Below, in pieces: positions 53,381 to 62,030 of a stretch of DNA of 64,000 nt. A program made the position numbers and the translations under genes. This DNA is from Alphaproteobacteria bacterium (GTDB lineage Bacteria > Pseudomonadota > Alphaproteobacteria > Caulobacterales > Aquidulcibacteraceae): contig JAPLOL010000111.1 of assembly GCA_026400735.1 (NCBI GenBank), positions 1,680-65,679 of the forward strand, read 5' to 3'. Position 1 is the first letter of the stretch. Every line of letters begins with the position of its first letter. Under the pieces are notes generated by a model. That model was not told the DNA's origin, searched no databases, and saw only the letters and a list, made by a program, of their open reading frames with translations.

Positions 53381-53494
53381 GGGTTGCCAACGCTCAGCGC
53401 AGCGCCATTCAGTCGCTCACAAGCGGCAGCTTTTGCGCATAAGCCCGCCACTCAAGCCGCTTCAGCCAGCGGCGCGAATTCGCCGATAGACGCC
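53381..53494 (+). repeat. cassette-array repeat, degenerate copy (copy 2 of 13)
   Basis: GGGTTGCCAACG..GCGCCATTCAGTCGCTCA...GGCGCGAATTCGCCGATAGACGCC resembles the family blocks, but it carries a roughly 30-nt insertion. Confidence 0.35.
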
Positions 53495-53521
53495 ACTCAC
53501 GTCCCGCCGCTCTTAGTCACG

Positions 53522-54364
53522 TCAAGTCGGCACGGGAGGGCGCGCAAGCCCCGTTGGGGCGGCATCTGTTTCAAATGCAACGTGTGCGCTGTCCGGCGTG
53601 GCTCCCATGCGGCGCTTTGCGTAGAGCAGCCATTGGTGACCACGGATCGCGGGCGGCTTCGCGACTGTGATCTGCAGGCGATGGCGTGCGAAGAGATTGC
53701 GCACGAACTGGACGTCATAAATGCAAGCGTTCGTGTTGTCGTTTGGGTTGATGTAGATGCAGTTTTGGAAGTCCTGCATCATTGGGAAATTGATCTTGTC
53801 GAACATGAACCAGGTGGAGCGAAGAACGCCGTCAACTGAGAGGCGCGTCGCGATCTGGTTGAAATAGTGCTCGAGGTCAGGCTCTGGGATGTGCGTGAAC
53901 ACCGAGTGCGCGTTGACAAGCGTGAAGCGCTCAAGGTCGGATCCGATCGTCGCTTGCTGTTTTCCGCCCGGATTGAACGTGTGGTGGAACGCGTCAAAAT
54001 GGCGAAATTCAAACCCTGGTCGGCGTAGATTCTCGCGGCTCCACTCAATTGACGGTCGGTAAAGATCAAGGCCTAGGTAGCGGCCTGGAACGTCCCTGGA
54101 TTGCAACATCATCTTGCGCGCGAGGCGGCCGCAGCCGCAGCCGAAGTCCAACACCGAGGCGTAATTTTCTGGTGGAACATCATTGCCAAACGCTAGATCG
54201 CCGTGTGGGTTTTCGAAGGAAGCATCATCTTCTACCCCAACATGTCGCCTTAGTTCTCGTGGCGGGAGTGGGAGATCAAGGCCGATCATGGTGCGAACGT
54301 AGCGGCCAGCCGCGGGCTTGCACAGAGCCAATTCCCGCGCGTTTCGCGCGGCATTAGGACCCAC
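53522..54364 (-). CDS. class I SAM-dependent methyltransferase
   Basis: It has motif I VLDFGCGCGRLARKM and the post-I acidic residue in YLGLDL. Confidence 0.8.
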   Translation of the reverse strand: MGPNAARNARELALCKPAAGRYVRTMIGLDLPLPPRELRRHVGVEDDASFENPHGDLAFGNDVPPENYASVLDFGCGCGRLARKMMLQSRDVPGRYLGLDLYRPSIEWSRENLRRPGFEFRHFDAFHHTFNPGGKQQATIGSDLERFTLVNAHSVFTHIPEPDLEHYFNQIATRLSVDGVLRSTWFMFDKINFPMMQDFQNCIYINPNDNTNACIYDVQFVRNLFARHRLQITVAKPPAIRGHQWLLYAKRRMGATPDSAHVAFETDAAPTGLARPPVPT

Positions 54365-54469
54365 GAGCAGCGTGCGATGGTTGAGCGATCATCATGCAAT
54401 AGGCTGCCCAAAGCGAGCAGCAACGTCCTCTAACGTCCGTGGCGCTGCCAGAAGCGCGGTGATGTCTGC

Positions 54470-54578
54470 ATTGGGCCATCGTACGACATAGCCGCGATTT
54501 TCGTGAGCGGCCTACTCGCTCCAAACCCGACAGTGATTTAGCGCACACAGCAACGGCGTGTCGTCGCCGTTAGCGGAC
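54470..54578 (+). repeat. cassette-array repeat, subfamily B (copy 3)
   Basis: The sequence is ATTGGGCCATCG...GCGGCCTACTCGCTCCAAACCCGACAGTGATTTAGCGCACACAGCAACGGCGTGTCGTCGCCGTTAGCGGAC. It is 52 nt from the CTC block to CGCCGT. Confidence 0.8.
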
Positions 54579-54657
54579 ATTCGCAAAAATGTTTTTCGAC
54601 CGCGACTGCTAGTTCGCAGCCTGGCGGCGTGCCAGCATAAATTCGCCGGGGGGCTTC

Positions 54658-55179
54658 ATGACGCTCGAACAAATTTCTGACGTGAGTCAAGCGGTGGCGG
54701 CTGTAGCGGTCGTTCTGTCTCTCATCGCACTCATCCAGGAGACGCGACAGAACACCAAGATGATGCGCGCGACGGCGGTGTGGGACTCGCAGCTCTCGTT
54801 CGTCTCGATCAATGAGACGCTGGCCGAAGGCGGCGTGCTGAGCGATCTGGCGTTCCGTGCGTTCACGGCGCACGAGAGCCTCACCCCATACGAGCGCCAC
54901 CTCTGGCATCGCTACATGCGCGCGGTTTTCCAACGCGTTGAAGCTCAATTCGCTCTGTACCGGAGCGGCGTTCTGGACGCTGAGGTCTGGGAGCTGCGCC
55001 GCAGCTACACGAAGTCGCTACTGCTTAACCCGCTGGTCGCGGAAATCTGGCGCTTGGAAAAGGGCAACTCGATGCTCACCAAAGCCTTCATCGCCGAACT
55101 CGAAGCCGCGCCCGCCGATGCGCCGCCCGTGTTCATGGGGCAAAGCAACGACGCGAAACCTGGGGAGGCTGCATCATGA
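54658..55179 (+). CDS. hypothetical N-terminally TM-anchored helical protein (paralogue A)
   Basis: MTLEQISDVSQAVAAVAVVLSLIALIQETRQN aligns with the N-terminus of the next gene. Confidence 0.55.
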   Translation: MTLEQISDVSQAVAAVAVVLSLIALIQETRQNTKMMRATAVWDSQLSFVSINETLAEGGVLSDLAFRAFTAHESLTPYERHLWHRYMRAVFQRVEAQFALYRSGVLDAEVWELRRSYTKSLLLNPLVAEIWRLEKGNSMLTKAFIAELEAAPADAPPVFMGQSNDAKPGEAAS

Positions 55180-55673
55180 CGCTCGAGGAAATCTCTTACG
55201 TTGGCCAAGCCGTCGCCGCCATCGCCGTGCTGGTCTCGCTCGCGGCAGTGTATGGCCAGCTGCAGCAGAACAACAAGATCGCACGCGCGGACCTGACGCA
55301 CAGCATTTGGCTAAGCGCGGGTGCAATGAACCTCTCCCTCTATGATACGCCGGAAAAGGCCGAGTTAATGCACCGGGCGCTCTACAGCACTGGGCCGCTC
55401 ACGGAGATCGAAAAGCTACAGATGAGAAGCGTTATCGGCGTTGCGCTCGGCGTTCACGAGGCGGCGTTTAATGCTCACAAGCGTGGTTTGATGGAGGACG
55501 GCGCCTACTCGACCCTCGAACAAGCAGCGCGCCTCTACTTGCTGAGCCCCTTTGTCCAACAATGGTGGGCGGAAGCCGGAAGGCGCGGTCACGATCCCGC
55601 CTACGTCACGCTCATGGACGAGATGGTCGTCAAGATCAATGCGAAGCGTAAGACGCGCGCTGACGGCGCATAA
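55176..55673 (+). CDS. hypothetical N-terminally TM-anchored helical protein (paralogue B)
   Basis: The N-terminus is MTLEEISYVGQAVAAIAVLVSLAAVYGQLQQN. An ATGA overlap with the previous stop indicates translational coupling. Confidence 0.55.
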   Translation: MTLEEISYVGQAVAAIAVLVSLAAVYGQLQQNNKIARADLTHSIWLSAGAMNLSLYDTPEKAELMHRALYSTGPLTEIEKLQMRSVIGVALGVHEAAFNAHKRGLMEDGAYSTLEQAARLYLLSPFVQQWWAEAGRRGHDPAYVTLMDEMVVKINAKRKTRADGA

Positions 55674-55714
55674 CTCAAGCAAAATGGATGCAACGACGTC
55701 TAGGGGAGAGGCGC

Positions 55715-56125
55715 ATGAAAATCGAAGGTGGTTGCTACTGCAAAGGCGTGCGCTATCGGGCCGATGGCGAGCCGATCGTGCGGGCGGAGTGTTTTTGCCG
55801 CGAATGCCAATACATCACCGGCGGCGGCAATCTCATGATGATCGCCATGCCCTCCTCCGGGTTTCAGATCACCAAGGGCGCGGTGAAGGATTACAAGCGC
55901 GCCGATCTGCCGAACGGCGTGACGCGCCAGTTCTGTCCCGAGTGCGGCACGCATTTGTTTACGCGCGCGCCTGGTTTCGAGATCGCCGTCATCATCAAGC
56001 TCGGCACTCTGGACGACCTCTCGCTCTATGGCAAAGCCGACAGCGCCAACTACATCTGCGACGCCCAGCCCTATCACCGGCTGCCGAGCGACATGCCGAC
56101 GTTCCAGAAGTGGATGCACGACTAG
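55715..56125 (+). CDS. GFA (CENP-V-like) family protein
   Basis: It has Cys clusters GGCYCKGV, CFCRECQ and CPECGTHL. This is the second GFA gene in the window. Confidence 0.8.
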   Translation: MKIEGGCYCKGVRYRADGEPIVRAECFCRECQYITGGGNLMMIAMPSSGFQITKGAVKDYKRADLPNGVTRQFCPECGTHLFTRAPGFEIAVIIKLGTLDDLSLYGKADSANYICDAQPYHRLPSDMPTFQKWMHD

Positions 56126-56127
56126 GG

Positions 56128-56208
56128 GCGCTGACCGGCAGACCCTCTCCAAAGTGGTCAGTCACTATGATCACCCCGGTACGGCCTGATCTCGCCGAAA
56201 ATGGCCGT
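56128..56208 (+). repeat. cassette-array repeat, 5'-truncated (copy 4)
   Basis: The sequence is GACCGGCAGACCCTCTCCAAAGTGGTCAG...CTCGCCGAAAATGGCCG. It is 52 nt from CTCC to CGCCGA and starts 3 nt after the GFA stop. Confidence 0.65.
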
Positions 56209-56217
56209 TCGCGCGCG

Positions 56218-57156
56218 TCAGCGGGCTATGCGTACGTTTTGCGCAATCTCGTTCAGGTGGCGATCCCAGGTCCCACAACACCCACCCCAAATGTCGATAT
56301 GCGGATAGCGCCGCGCGAGGTCACCCATGCGCGCACCAAGATCTTGAGGATCACCATCTTCCAGATGGCCGATCTTGCAGAGCTCAATCTTCTCCATCGC
56401 GCTGGCGTTGGGACGCAACATCCGCACGCGCTCCATCCACGCACCCGGCTCAAGCGTGGGCTCGAACTCCAATGGGTGTGAGCAATTGATGCCGTAGAAA
56501 TCCGGGCGCGCATCACCAGCTTCAGCGTCTGTCGATTCGATCGCTTGCTTTAGCGTCGGCCCGGACTTCAGCCTGTGATCGCTGTTGAGCGTGAACGACA
56601 CGTGCAGCGGAACGCCAATGCGCCGCGCCGCGCGTGCCACGCCCACCGCCTCCGGCACGTTGTTGAAAGTCATCGCGGTGGCGTAATCGACGCGGGCGCG
56701 CGAAAGCACTTCAAGTTGGAAGCTGTGATATTCTTCCGCTTCGTCAGCGCTGATCGTCTTGTTAAGTTGGTAAGCGTCGCCGCGAGGCCCGACCATGCCA
56801 CCGATAAATATCCTCGGAATGTGCCCCGCATACGGCGCCGCCACCTCGCGCAAAATGGCGATGCATTGCAGCAACGCATCCGCCAAACTTGCGCGCGAGT
56901 AGCCGAGTTTTTGGCCCCAATCCGGGCTGGCGCGATAGTCGAGCCCGGCCATCATCGGCACGAAACCGTGCGCGGCAGCGGCGTCTAGCACTCGCGCATA
57001 CATGCCGCGCAAATCCGCCATCGCTTGAAAATTGTCCAGCAACGGATACATCGCGAACTCGGGCAACTCGTGCCCGTGCTTGTACATGATCTCCGTCTCT
57101 TGGCCGCCTTCGGTCAGATAGAGAACGCCGGCTCGTTGATCTGGAAATCGCGCCAT
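56218..57156 (-). CDS. homocysteine S-methyltransferase family protein
   Basis: A GGAGGGG Shine-Dalgarno precedes the ATG at 57156. The N-terminus is VLYLTEGGQETE and the C-terminus has the zinc-site GGCCGT (WGGCCGTWDRH). Confidence 0.85.
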   Translation of the reverse strand: MARFPDQRAGVLYLTEGGQETEIMYKHGHELPEFAMYPLLDNFQAMADLRGMYARVLDAAAAHGFVPMMAGLDYRASPDWGQKLGYSRASLADALLQCIAILREVAAPYAGHIPRIFIGGMVGPRGDAYQLNKTISADEAEEYHSFQLEVLSRARVDYATAMTFNNVPEAVGVARAARRIGVPLHVSFTLNSDHRLKSGPTLKQAIESTDAEAGDARPDFYGINCSHPLEFEPTLEPGAWMERVRMLRPNASAMEKIELCKIGHLEDGDPQDLGARMGDLARRYPHIDIWGGCCGTWDRHLNEIAQNVRIAR

Positions 57157-57221
57157 AGCCCCTCCGCACGATGAAACTCTGGCCAAAACCTAGTCCAGTT
57201 AAGTAACGCCGCTCGGCGTCA

Positions 57222-57332
57222 GAATGGGGCCATCCTGCACCCTCGCGTAGAAAATCGCGAATGGCTTAGCCGCTCAAATTCTGCCGCCGGTAATGCTGCA
57301 TGAGCTAGGGCAGCCCATCGCCGAAAGCTGCC
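57222..57332 (+). repeat. cassette-array repeat, subfamily A-like (copy 5)
   Basis: The sequence is GAATGGGGCCATCC...CGCGAATGGCTTAGCCGCTCAAATTCTGCCG...GGCAGCCCATCGCCGAAAGCTGCC, with 52-nt spacing conserved. Confidence 0.7.
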
Positions 57333-57334
57333 AG

Positions 57335-57769
57335 TCAGCGGTGCACGTTGGGATCGTATTCCGTGTCTTCCGGAACGTCGGTCGGACTTTCGAAGTCGAT
57401 CTTGTAACCGTCCGGGTCATGGAAGCTCACAACCCATAACGTGTTTCCAACAAATGGCGTTCGCGGCGACAATCCGCTGGCCACCGCATCGCGATAAACG
57501 CGGAGCGCATCTCTACACATGAAGCAGACCGACACGCCTGATCCGAGTTCTCCTACCGGCGCGCGACCAGGCAAGTATTCCTGCAGCATCAAGGCGGCGC
57601 CGCCTGCCTCAAGCCTGCACCAACGGATATGGTCGGGCGCATCGGGCGTCCCCACAAGCTTTAGCTCGAAGCCGAGGCTATCGCGGTAAAAGCGCAGGGA
57701 CGCGGCCATGTCGCACACATGGAGGAACGGGACCGCCTGCGTGAGGTTTTCAGCGAGCGCACCGGCCAT
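57335..57769 (-). CDS. VOC family protein (glyoxalase/bleomycin-resistance fold)
   Basis: It is about 144 aa with LHVCDMAASLRFYRDSLGF and HDPDGYKI, typical of VOC beta-alpha-beta-beta-beta modules. Confidence 0.8.
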   Translation of the reverse strand: MAGALAENLTQAVPFLHVCDMAASLRFYRDSLGFELKLVGTPDAPDHIRWCRLEAGGAALMLQEYLPGRAPVGELGSGVSVCFMCRDALRVYRDAVASGLSPRTPFVGNTLWVVSFHDPDGYKIDFESPTDVPEDTEYDPNVHR

Positions 57770-57794
57770 TATGGATTCCCCAATCGCAGACTAC

Positions 57795-57896
57795 GGCCCG
57801 CCCACCCTTCAAATTACTCGAATGTCCGGCGCGCTCAATTCCTGCCGTAGATCACATTTGACAGGCTATGGCGTTTTCTCGCCGAAGGCGGTCATA
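57795..57896 (+). repeat. cassette-array repeat, subfamily A (copy 6)
   Basis: The sequence is CCCACCCTTCAAATTACTCGAATGTCCGGCGCGCTCAATTCCTGCCGTAGATCACATTTGACAGGCTATGGCGTTTTCTCGCCGAAGGCGGTCAT. It is about 85% identical to the copy at 60161. Confidence 0.85.
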
Positions 57897-57910
57897 AGGT
57901 ATGCTGCAAC

Positions 57911-58345
57911 ATGACAATGAACACCTTTAGACTCGGGGTTCGCGACTCAGCTGACTACGCCGCGTTGTTCGATGAGACCAAGGCAAAGATTCAACCCGCT
58001 ATCGGCGGTCAGCGTGCGACACCCGAGATGGGTGTAGTTACAATCGGCGAAGGCGATCTGGAATTCGAAGTCTGGCTTCCGTCAGATCGGGGCAGCCTTC
58101 CGCCAGCGCACGTTTCAACAGCAAAGTCGGTGTTAGGCCAGATCGTCCGTATGGACGACGAAGCCCGCGCCATTCCCGACATAATCGATTCAGACGAAAA
58201 CCTAGCGTGGGTAGCCATCAACGACGATGGCGTTGAATTCCATTACTTCGCGAACAGCGTGAGCTCGGAGTGGAGCGTTCTTTTCGCCATGGATGAAAAC
58301 GGTGTTTGGCGATGTCGAGGCATCAAGAAACCGACATCGGCGTGA
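57911..58345 (+). CDS. hypothetical cytoplasmic protein
   Basis: It is 144 aa with no signal or TM and coding-like composition. No family is recognised. Confidence 0.5.
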   Translation: MTMNTFRLGVRDSADYAALFDETKAKIQPAIGGQRATPEMGVVTIGEGDLEFEVWLPSDRGSLPPAHVSTAKSVLGQIVRMDDEARAIPDIIDSDENLAWVAINDDGVEFHYFANSVSSEWSVLFAMDENGVWRCRGIKKPTSA

Positions 58346-58353
58346 GTCCGCTC

Positions 58354-58460
58354 CGGGCCAGCGTGCGCCATCGACACGAATTTCGCGACTGGCCTACGCT
58401 CTCGATTGCGGTCAATCGCTTAGCGCCCGCAGCAACGGCTCGGTTTCGCCGATCGCGGAC
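58354..58460 (+). repeat. cassette-array repeat, subfamily B (copy 7)
   Basis: The sequence is GGGCCAGCG...GAATTTCGCGACTGGCCTACGCTCTCGATTGCGGTCAATCGCTTAGCGCCCGCAGCAACGGCTCGGTTTCGCCGATCGCGGAC, with 52-nt spacing conserved. Confidence 0.75.
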
Positions 58461-58586
58461 ACCCGGTCCGTGGGCGCCGGGGCATAGACGAGCAGGCAAC
58501 GCCCAGCTAACGGAACTCTCAAAGCATGTCGCGCTTCGGGCTCGGCGATTGAGCGCCGCATGATTGATTGTTCACAGGGATCAGCG

Positions 58587-59159
58587 ATGGATAAGTTCGA
58601 CTTCGTCTTGATCCTGCTGTCGTTCGCGTTTGCGATGGCGCTCGGACATCTGCTGACGGGCGTTGGCGCATTGATCTCGGCACGAGAGCGAGTGCGCTTC
58701 TCGCCTTTACTGGCACTGGCGATCGTGAACGCACTCGCACAGGTATTTATCGATTGGCTGAGCCTGTGGGATTATCGAGGCCTGCCGGAATGGGACCTCC
58801 TCACGGTCTCCGTGTTCTTCACCTTCCCGGTCGTCGTATACTTCATCTGTGTCGCCGCCGTCCCGGAAACACAAGGCGACAAGCCCATCGACATGGAGGC
58901 GTTCTATTGGAAGACGCGTCGCCTCTATTACGGCCTGTTCGCCTTGTTGATGCTGCTCTTCGCGGGCGCGGCGTGGACTCTGTTGCGGACGTCCACACCA
59001 GAACTCGCGCTGCAGCAGAGCCTCAGCAATCTGCCATTCTTGCTCGCTAGCCTACTCGCATTTTTCGTCTCCGCGCGCTGGGCTCAGTGGCTCGCCGGCG
59101 TCACACTGCTGGTGTTGAGCGTCGCCTGGCCAATCGTGTTCAGCAGTTCGATTCAATAG
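58587..59159 (+). CDS. hypothetical 6-TM membrane protein
   Basis: The ATG at 58587 gives MDKFDFVLILLSFAFAMALGHLL. It has six hydrophobic segments. Confidence 0.55.
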   Translation: MDKFDFVLILLSFAFAMALGHLLTGVGALISARERVRFSPLLALAIVNALAQVFIDWLSLWDYRGLPEWDLLTVSVFFTFPVVVYFICVAAVPETQGDKPIDMEAFYWKTRRLYYGLFALLMLLFAGAAWTLLRTSTPELALQQSLSNLPFLLASLLAFFVSARWAQWLAGVTLLVLSVAWPIVFSSSIQ

Positions 59160-59179
59160 TGGTTGCGCCGCTGATCGGG

Positions 59180-59278
59180 GAATGGTCAGCCACACCCCGC
59201 TTCGCGAATGGCTTAAAAGATCCAATTCAGACAGCGGCGCCCTGCCCACCCGACGGCTGACGTTCGCCGTTAGCGGAC
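59180..59278 (+). repeat. cassette-array repeat (copy 8)
   Basis: The sequence is GAATGGTCAGCC...CGCGAATGGCTTAAAAGATCCAATTCAGACAGC...GACGGCTGACGTTCGCCGTTAGCGGAC, with 52-nt spacing conserved. Confidence 0.7.
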
Positions 59279-59311
59279 GTTGGGCACACGGGTCTACTTT
59301 GGGGGCGGTGG

Positions 59312-60106
59312 TTAGTTGGCGCGCAACTGTGGTGGATCATTGACGGGATAAGACCTCATCGCTCGGCTCAAACTGGGTGTCGATACGTCGCCCAGGTAGG
59401 CATTCATGGCGGTCACATCGATGCGCCCGCTGGCGACTACGCCACTGTAACTTGCACAGTTTTCCACTGAACCGTCCAACATACCGAACATGCGCTCTGC
59501 CTCTGCCTCCTGAGAATGCTCGCGTGCGCGGGCCAGGACGATGCTGCGGAACTGTCTGTCTGTGATGACGGCGCGAAGGAAAGCACGCAGCCCAGCTTCA
59601 TTGTCTGGACTTAAGCGTTCATCGCCCGAGATGTCTGCCGACAAATCATTAGAGAAGTAGAACCTGCTGGTTTGAAACAAAAGCACGCTCGGCGTTCCAG
59701 CAAGACACCAAAGGCGCGTTGCCGGATCAAATGCGGTTTCGTCAAATTCGACCTGCTTTACGTACCTGTAGCCACCGGAAGCGCGTTGCGCTTCGAGAGC
59801 TCCAAACAGGGCGCTGAAATTTTCGAACATGGGGAGTTCGCGGACGACCATCGCCATTGGATCAGTTGTGAACACAGCAATATCGGTCGCGCCGATGGTC
59901 AGTGTGGTTCGCATCCGCAGCGTGGATGACTCAACGCGTATTACACTTTCGCACGCACCATCATCCGGAAAGACAACGCAAAGAGACCGCCCCTGGTAGG
60001 CCGTCTGGAGCTGGCTTGGCGTCAAATCCGCAATAGTCTCGCCTTCGCGAAGTGGGGCACTGCTCGCACAGCCAGAGAGAAACACTGCGATGATGAAGGC
60101 GCGCAT
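59312..60106 (-). CDS. hypothetical lipoprotein
   Basis: The ATG at 60106 gives the lipobox signal MRAFIIAVFLSGC. No domain is recognised. Confidence 0.55.
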   Translation of the reverse strand: MRAFIIAVFLSGCASSAPLREGETIADLTPSQLQTAYQGRSLCVVFPDDGACESVIRVESSTLRMRTTLTIGATDIAVFTTDPMAMVVRELPMFENFSALFGALEAQRASGGYRYVKQVEFDETAFDPATRLWCLAGTPSVLLFQTSRFYFSNDLSADISGDERLSPDNEAGLRAFLRAVITDRQFRSIVLARAREHSQEAEAERMFGMLDGSVENCASYSGVVASGRIDVTAMNAYLGDVSTPSLSRAMRSYPVNDPPQLRAN

Positions 60107-60160
60107 AGCCGGGGAACTTGCCCGGATTGCCCATTTGATTGCAAGCCGACCGGTGATGTC

Positions 60161-60274
60161 CGTTTTGGGCCAACCTACGCCCACCCATTAAATTACTCGA
60201 ATGACCGCCGCGCTCAATTCCTGCCGTAGATCACATTCGGCAGGCTACGGCGTGTTGTCGCCGAAAGGCGACAT
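60161..60274 (+). repeat. cassette-array repeat, subfamily A, most complete copy (copy 9)
   Basis: The sequence is CGTTTTGGGCCAACCTACGCCCACCCATTAAATTACTCGAATGACCGCCGCGCTCAATTCCTGCCGTAGATCACATTCGGCAGGCTACGGCGTGTTGTCGCCGAAAGGCGACAT. Confidence 0.85.
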
Positions 60275-60330
60275 CCGTCGTCAGAAGATTCCATTCTATG
60301 GTAGGCGCAGGGCAATCATCGGAGCGCCTT

Positions 60331-60615
60331 ATGAATCGTGCGGGCTGTGCAATCGCGCTTGTGGTCGCCTGTGTTGCATTGGGCGTCTTGATCCAGCTTC
60401 TCGTGGTGCCCCTGGCATTGGTCCTCGACGCAAGGAATTGGTGCTGGCCGGACTGTCCAAATCCAATGCGAAGTGCAGATCGAGATATTTCCCGTATCTC
60501 GCCAATTGTTCTGTTTATTATCGCTTCCGTCGGCGTGGTTCTGATCAGCCGGATGCCGGAAAAATCGGACGAGCCCACAAATAGCAGTGACCTGGGCGAT
60601 CCGGAGTCGCGTTAG
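60331..60615 (+). CDS. hypothetical small 2-TM membrane protein
   Basis: A GGAG lies 6 nt before the ATG at 60331. The product begins MNRAGCAIALVVACVALGVLIQLLVV, and the gene is visibly more AT-rich than the core genes. Confidence 0.45.
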   Translation: MNRAGCAIALVVACVALGVLIQLLVVPLALVLDARNWCWPDCPNPMRSADRDISRISPIVLFIIASVGVVLISRMPEKSDEPTNSSDLGDPESR

Positions 60616-60627
60616 ACGACCGTCTCA

Positions 60628-60730
60628 AATGGGCCAAGTTGCGTCGTGCGCTCGATTTCCACGACCGGCCTACTCTCTCCAAACTGGACAGTGATTTAGC
60701 GCATACGGCAATGGCGTGTTGTCGCCGATA
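60628..60730 (+). repeat. cassette-array repeat, subfamily B (copy 10)
   Basis: The sequence is AAATGGGCCAAGTTGCG...GATTTCCACGACCGGCCTACTCTCTCCAAACTGGACAGTGATTTAGCGCATACGGCAATGGCGTGTTGTCGCCGATA. Confidence 0.8.
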
Positions 60731-60765
60731 CCCGCCATTGCTCCGGGTGCGTGCAACGGGCTTGC

Positions 60766-61887
60766 TCACACGCCCGTCGCACGCACCCGAAGGTCGCTCT
60801 CCAACGCTTCGGCATCGGCGGGCAGCACGCCGAGTGTATCGCGCAGCCTGTTGAGCAGTGCGCGTTCCTTGTCGGATATAGCGCCCCCTTGAAGGGCCTC
60901 CGAGACGGCAGCCTCATAGACCTTTAGCTTACGAAAGGCAGCGTATTCTGGTGTGTCATGTGTGTTAGGCATCGCCGCGCCCGCCACGCGATCGGCGAAA
61001 CGTTGCAGCGGCGCCAAGAAGAAGACGACAATCGCAGCCGCTATAAGGCCTGCGAAGGCGCCAAACTCAGCCGAAAGAAATTGGTTTGCGCCTTCGGAAA
61101 TCACAAAGATGATCGCCACAACCGCAGCCGCGAGCGTCGACTGCTTGATCGTCCAGCGAATACGCAGATCGATGTCAAAGAGCTGACTTCGCAGAATGCC
61201 ATAAGCGATCAGGGGCACTGAAATCAGCGTGCCCAGTGTGTAAGCCATGAAACGCGGCGCAACGGGATCTGGGATTGCCTGATACGTGCCCGCGAGCAAT
61301 TCCCAAACAGCGTTGCCGTAAAGAAAGCCCCAACATAAATCGCGAATGCCAAAAGCGAGCGCGAATACGCCCGCCCGAACACGCGCTTCACCAACCGCTC
61401 CGCGCCACGCATCGACCGAAGCCACAAGCGCAAACGCGAAAAGGAGAGCCAGTGCGGTGTAGAGCAGCGAACCGCTGATGCGTAGCGGGCTAACTTGGAT
61501 CGCCACGAAGAGCGCGGTCGCGATAGCGGCAAGGCCAAACCGAATGCGTCCACTCTCGAATGGGCGCGTCATTTTTGTCTGCAATGCGGCGGTTAAGAAG
61601 GTCGGATAAAGCGCCAACATGGCGCAATCGCCCAATGTATGGACGATCATTTGCCAGTTGAAAAACTCAGGATAGCGGCCGTAGAGATCGGCGGGCGAAG
61701 TCGTCAGGTACATGACCGAGTCGCTAGTCCCGAGTGTCATGCCCTCCACAAAAAGCAGAAGCGCGAGCTTGCGCGCCACGCTGCCAGATGACCCGACCCG
61801 GTAAAGCACCACAGCCAGCGACCAGCACATCGCGATGGCGGCGAGTGTAAGAATCCCCCACAGGTCGGCTTGAAACATGATCAACAC
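60766..61887 (-). CDS. polytopic (about 8-9 TM) membrane protein with cytoplasmic helical C-terminal tail
   Basis: It is hydrophobic throughout. The C-terminal tail is EYAAFRKLKVYEAAVSEALQGGAISDKERALLNRLRDTLGVLPADAEALESDL. No catalytic domain is recognisable. Confidence 0.6.
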   Translation of the reverse strand: MLIMFQADLWGILTLAAIAMCWSLAVVLYRVGSSGSVARKLALLLFVEGMTLGTSDSVMYLTTSPADLYGRYPEFFNWQMIVHTLGDCAMLALYPTFLTAALQTKMTRPFESGRIRFGLAAIATALFVAIQVSPLRISGSLLYTALALLFAFALVASVDAWRGAVGEARVRAGVFALAFGIRDLCWGFLYGNAVWELLAGTYQAIPDPVAPRFMAYTLGTLISVPLIAYGILRSQLFDIDLRIRWTIKQSTLAAAVVAIIFVISEGANQFLSAEFGAFAGLIAAAIVVFFLAPLQRFADRVAGAAMPNTHDTPEYAAFRKLKVYEAAVSEALQGGAISDKERALLNRLRDTLGVLPADAEALESDLRVRATGV

Positions 61888-61936
61888 CTACCCTGAGCAT
61901 CGAATTCTTTCCATGAACGAAATCGCGCTTTGATCC

Positions 61937-62030
61937 CTTGGCCCGGACCGCTTACCGAGTGTCCCGCCAGCGCTGATCCTGCCGTTCACGCTCCCCGCTC
62001 TGCGAGGGCTGAAACTCGCCGAAAGCGGTC
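61937..62030 (+). repeat. cassette-array repeat (copy 11, first of a tandem pair)
   Basis: The sequence is CCTTGGCCCGGACC...CGAGTGTCCCGCCAGCGCTGATCCTGCCG...GGCTGAAACTCGCCGAAAGCGGTC. It is 50 nt from the CTG block to CGCCGA. Confidence 0.65.

Noticed and set aside
54470-54578. Calling the repeats canonical integron attC sites.
   Set aside because: I could not find RYYYAAC (R'') and GTTRRRY (R') boxes at consistent positions. There are only isolated GTTAGCG and GTTAGAC strings. Cassette genes lie on both strands and no intI gene is in the window. I kept this as a hypothesis to test, not as a call.
57708-57914. The listed ORFs 57708..57914 and 60201..60584 share a peptide (ALNSCRRSH.(T/A)GYGV.SPK), which suggests a conserved small protein. 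Similarly, 54354..54548 and 60545..60769 share CAKSLS.LERVGRS.
   Set aside because: The similarity is the nucleotide repeat itself read in one frame. It stops at the repeat borders, and the flanking parts of these ORFs are unrelated and low-complexity.
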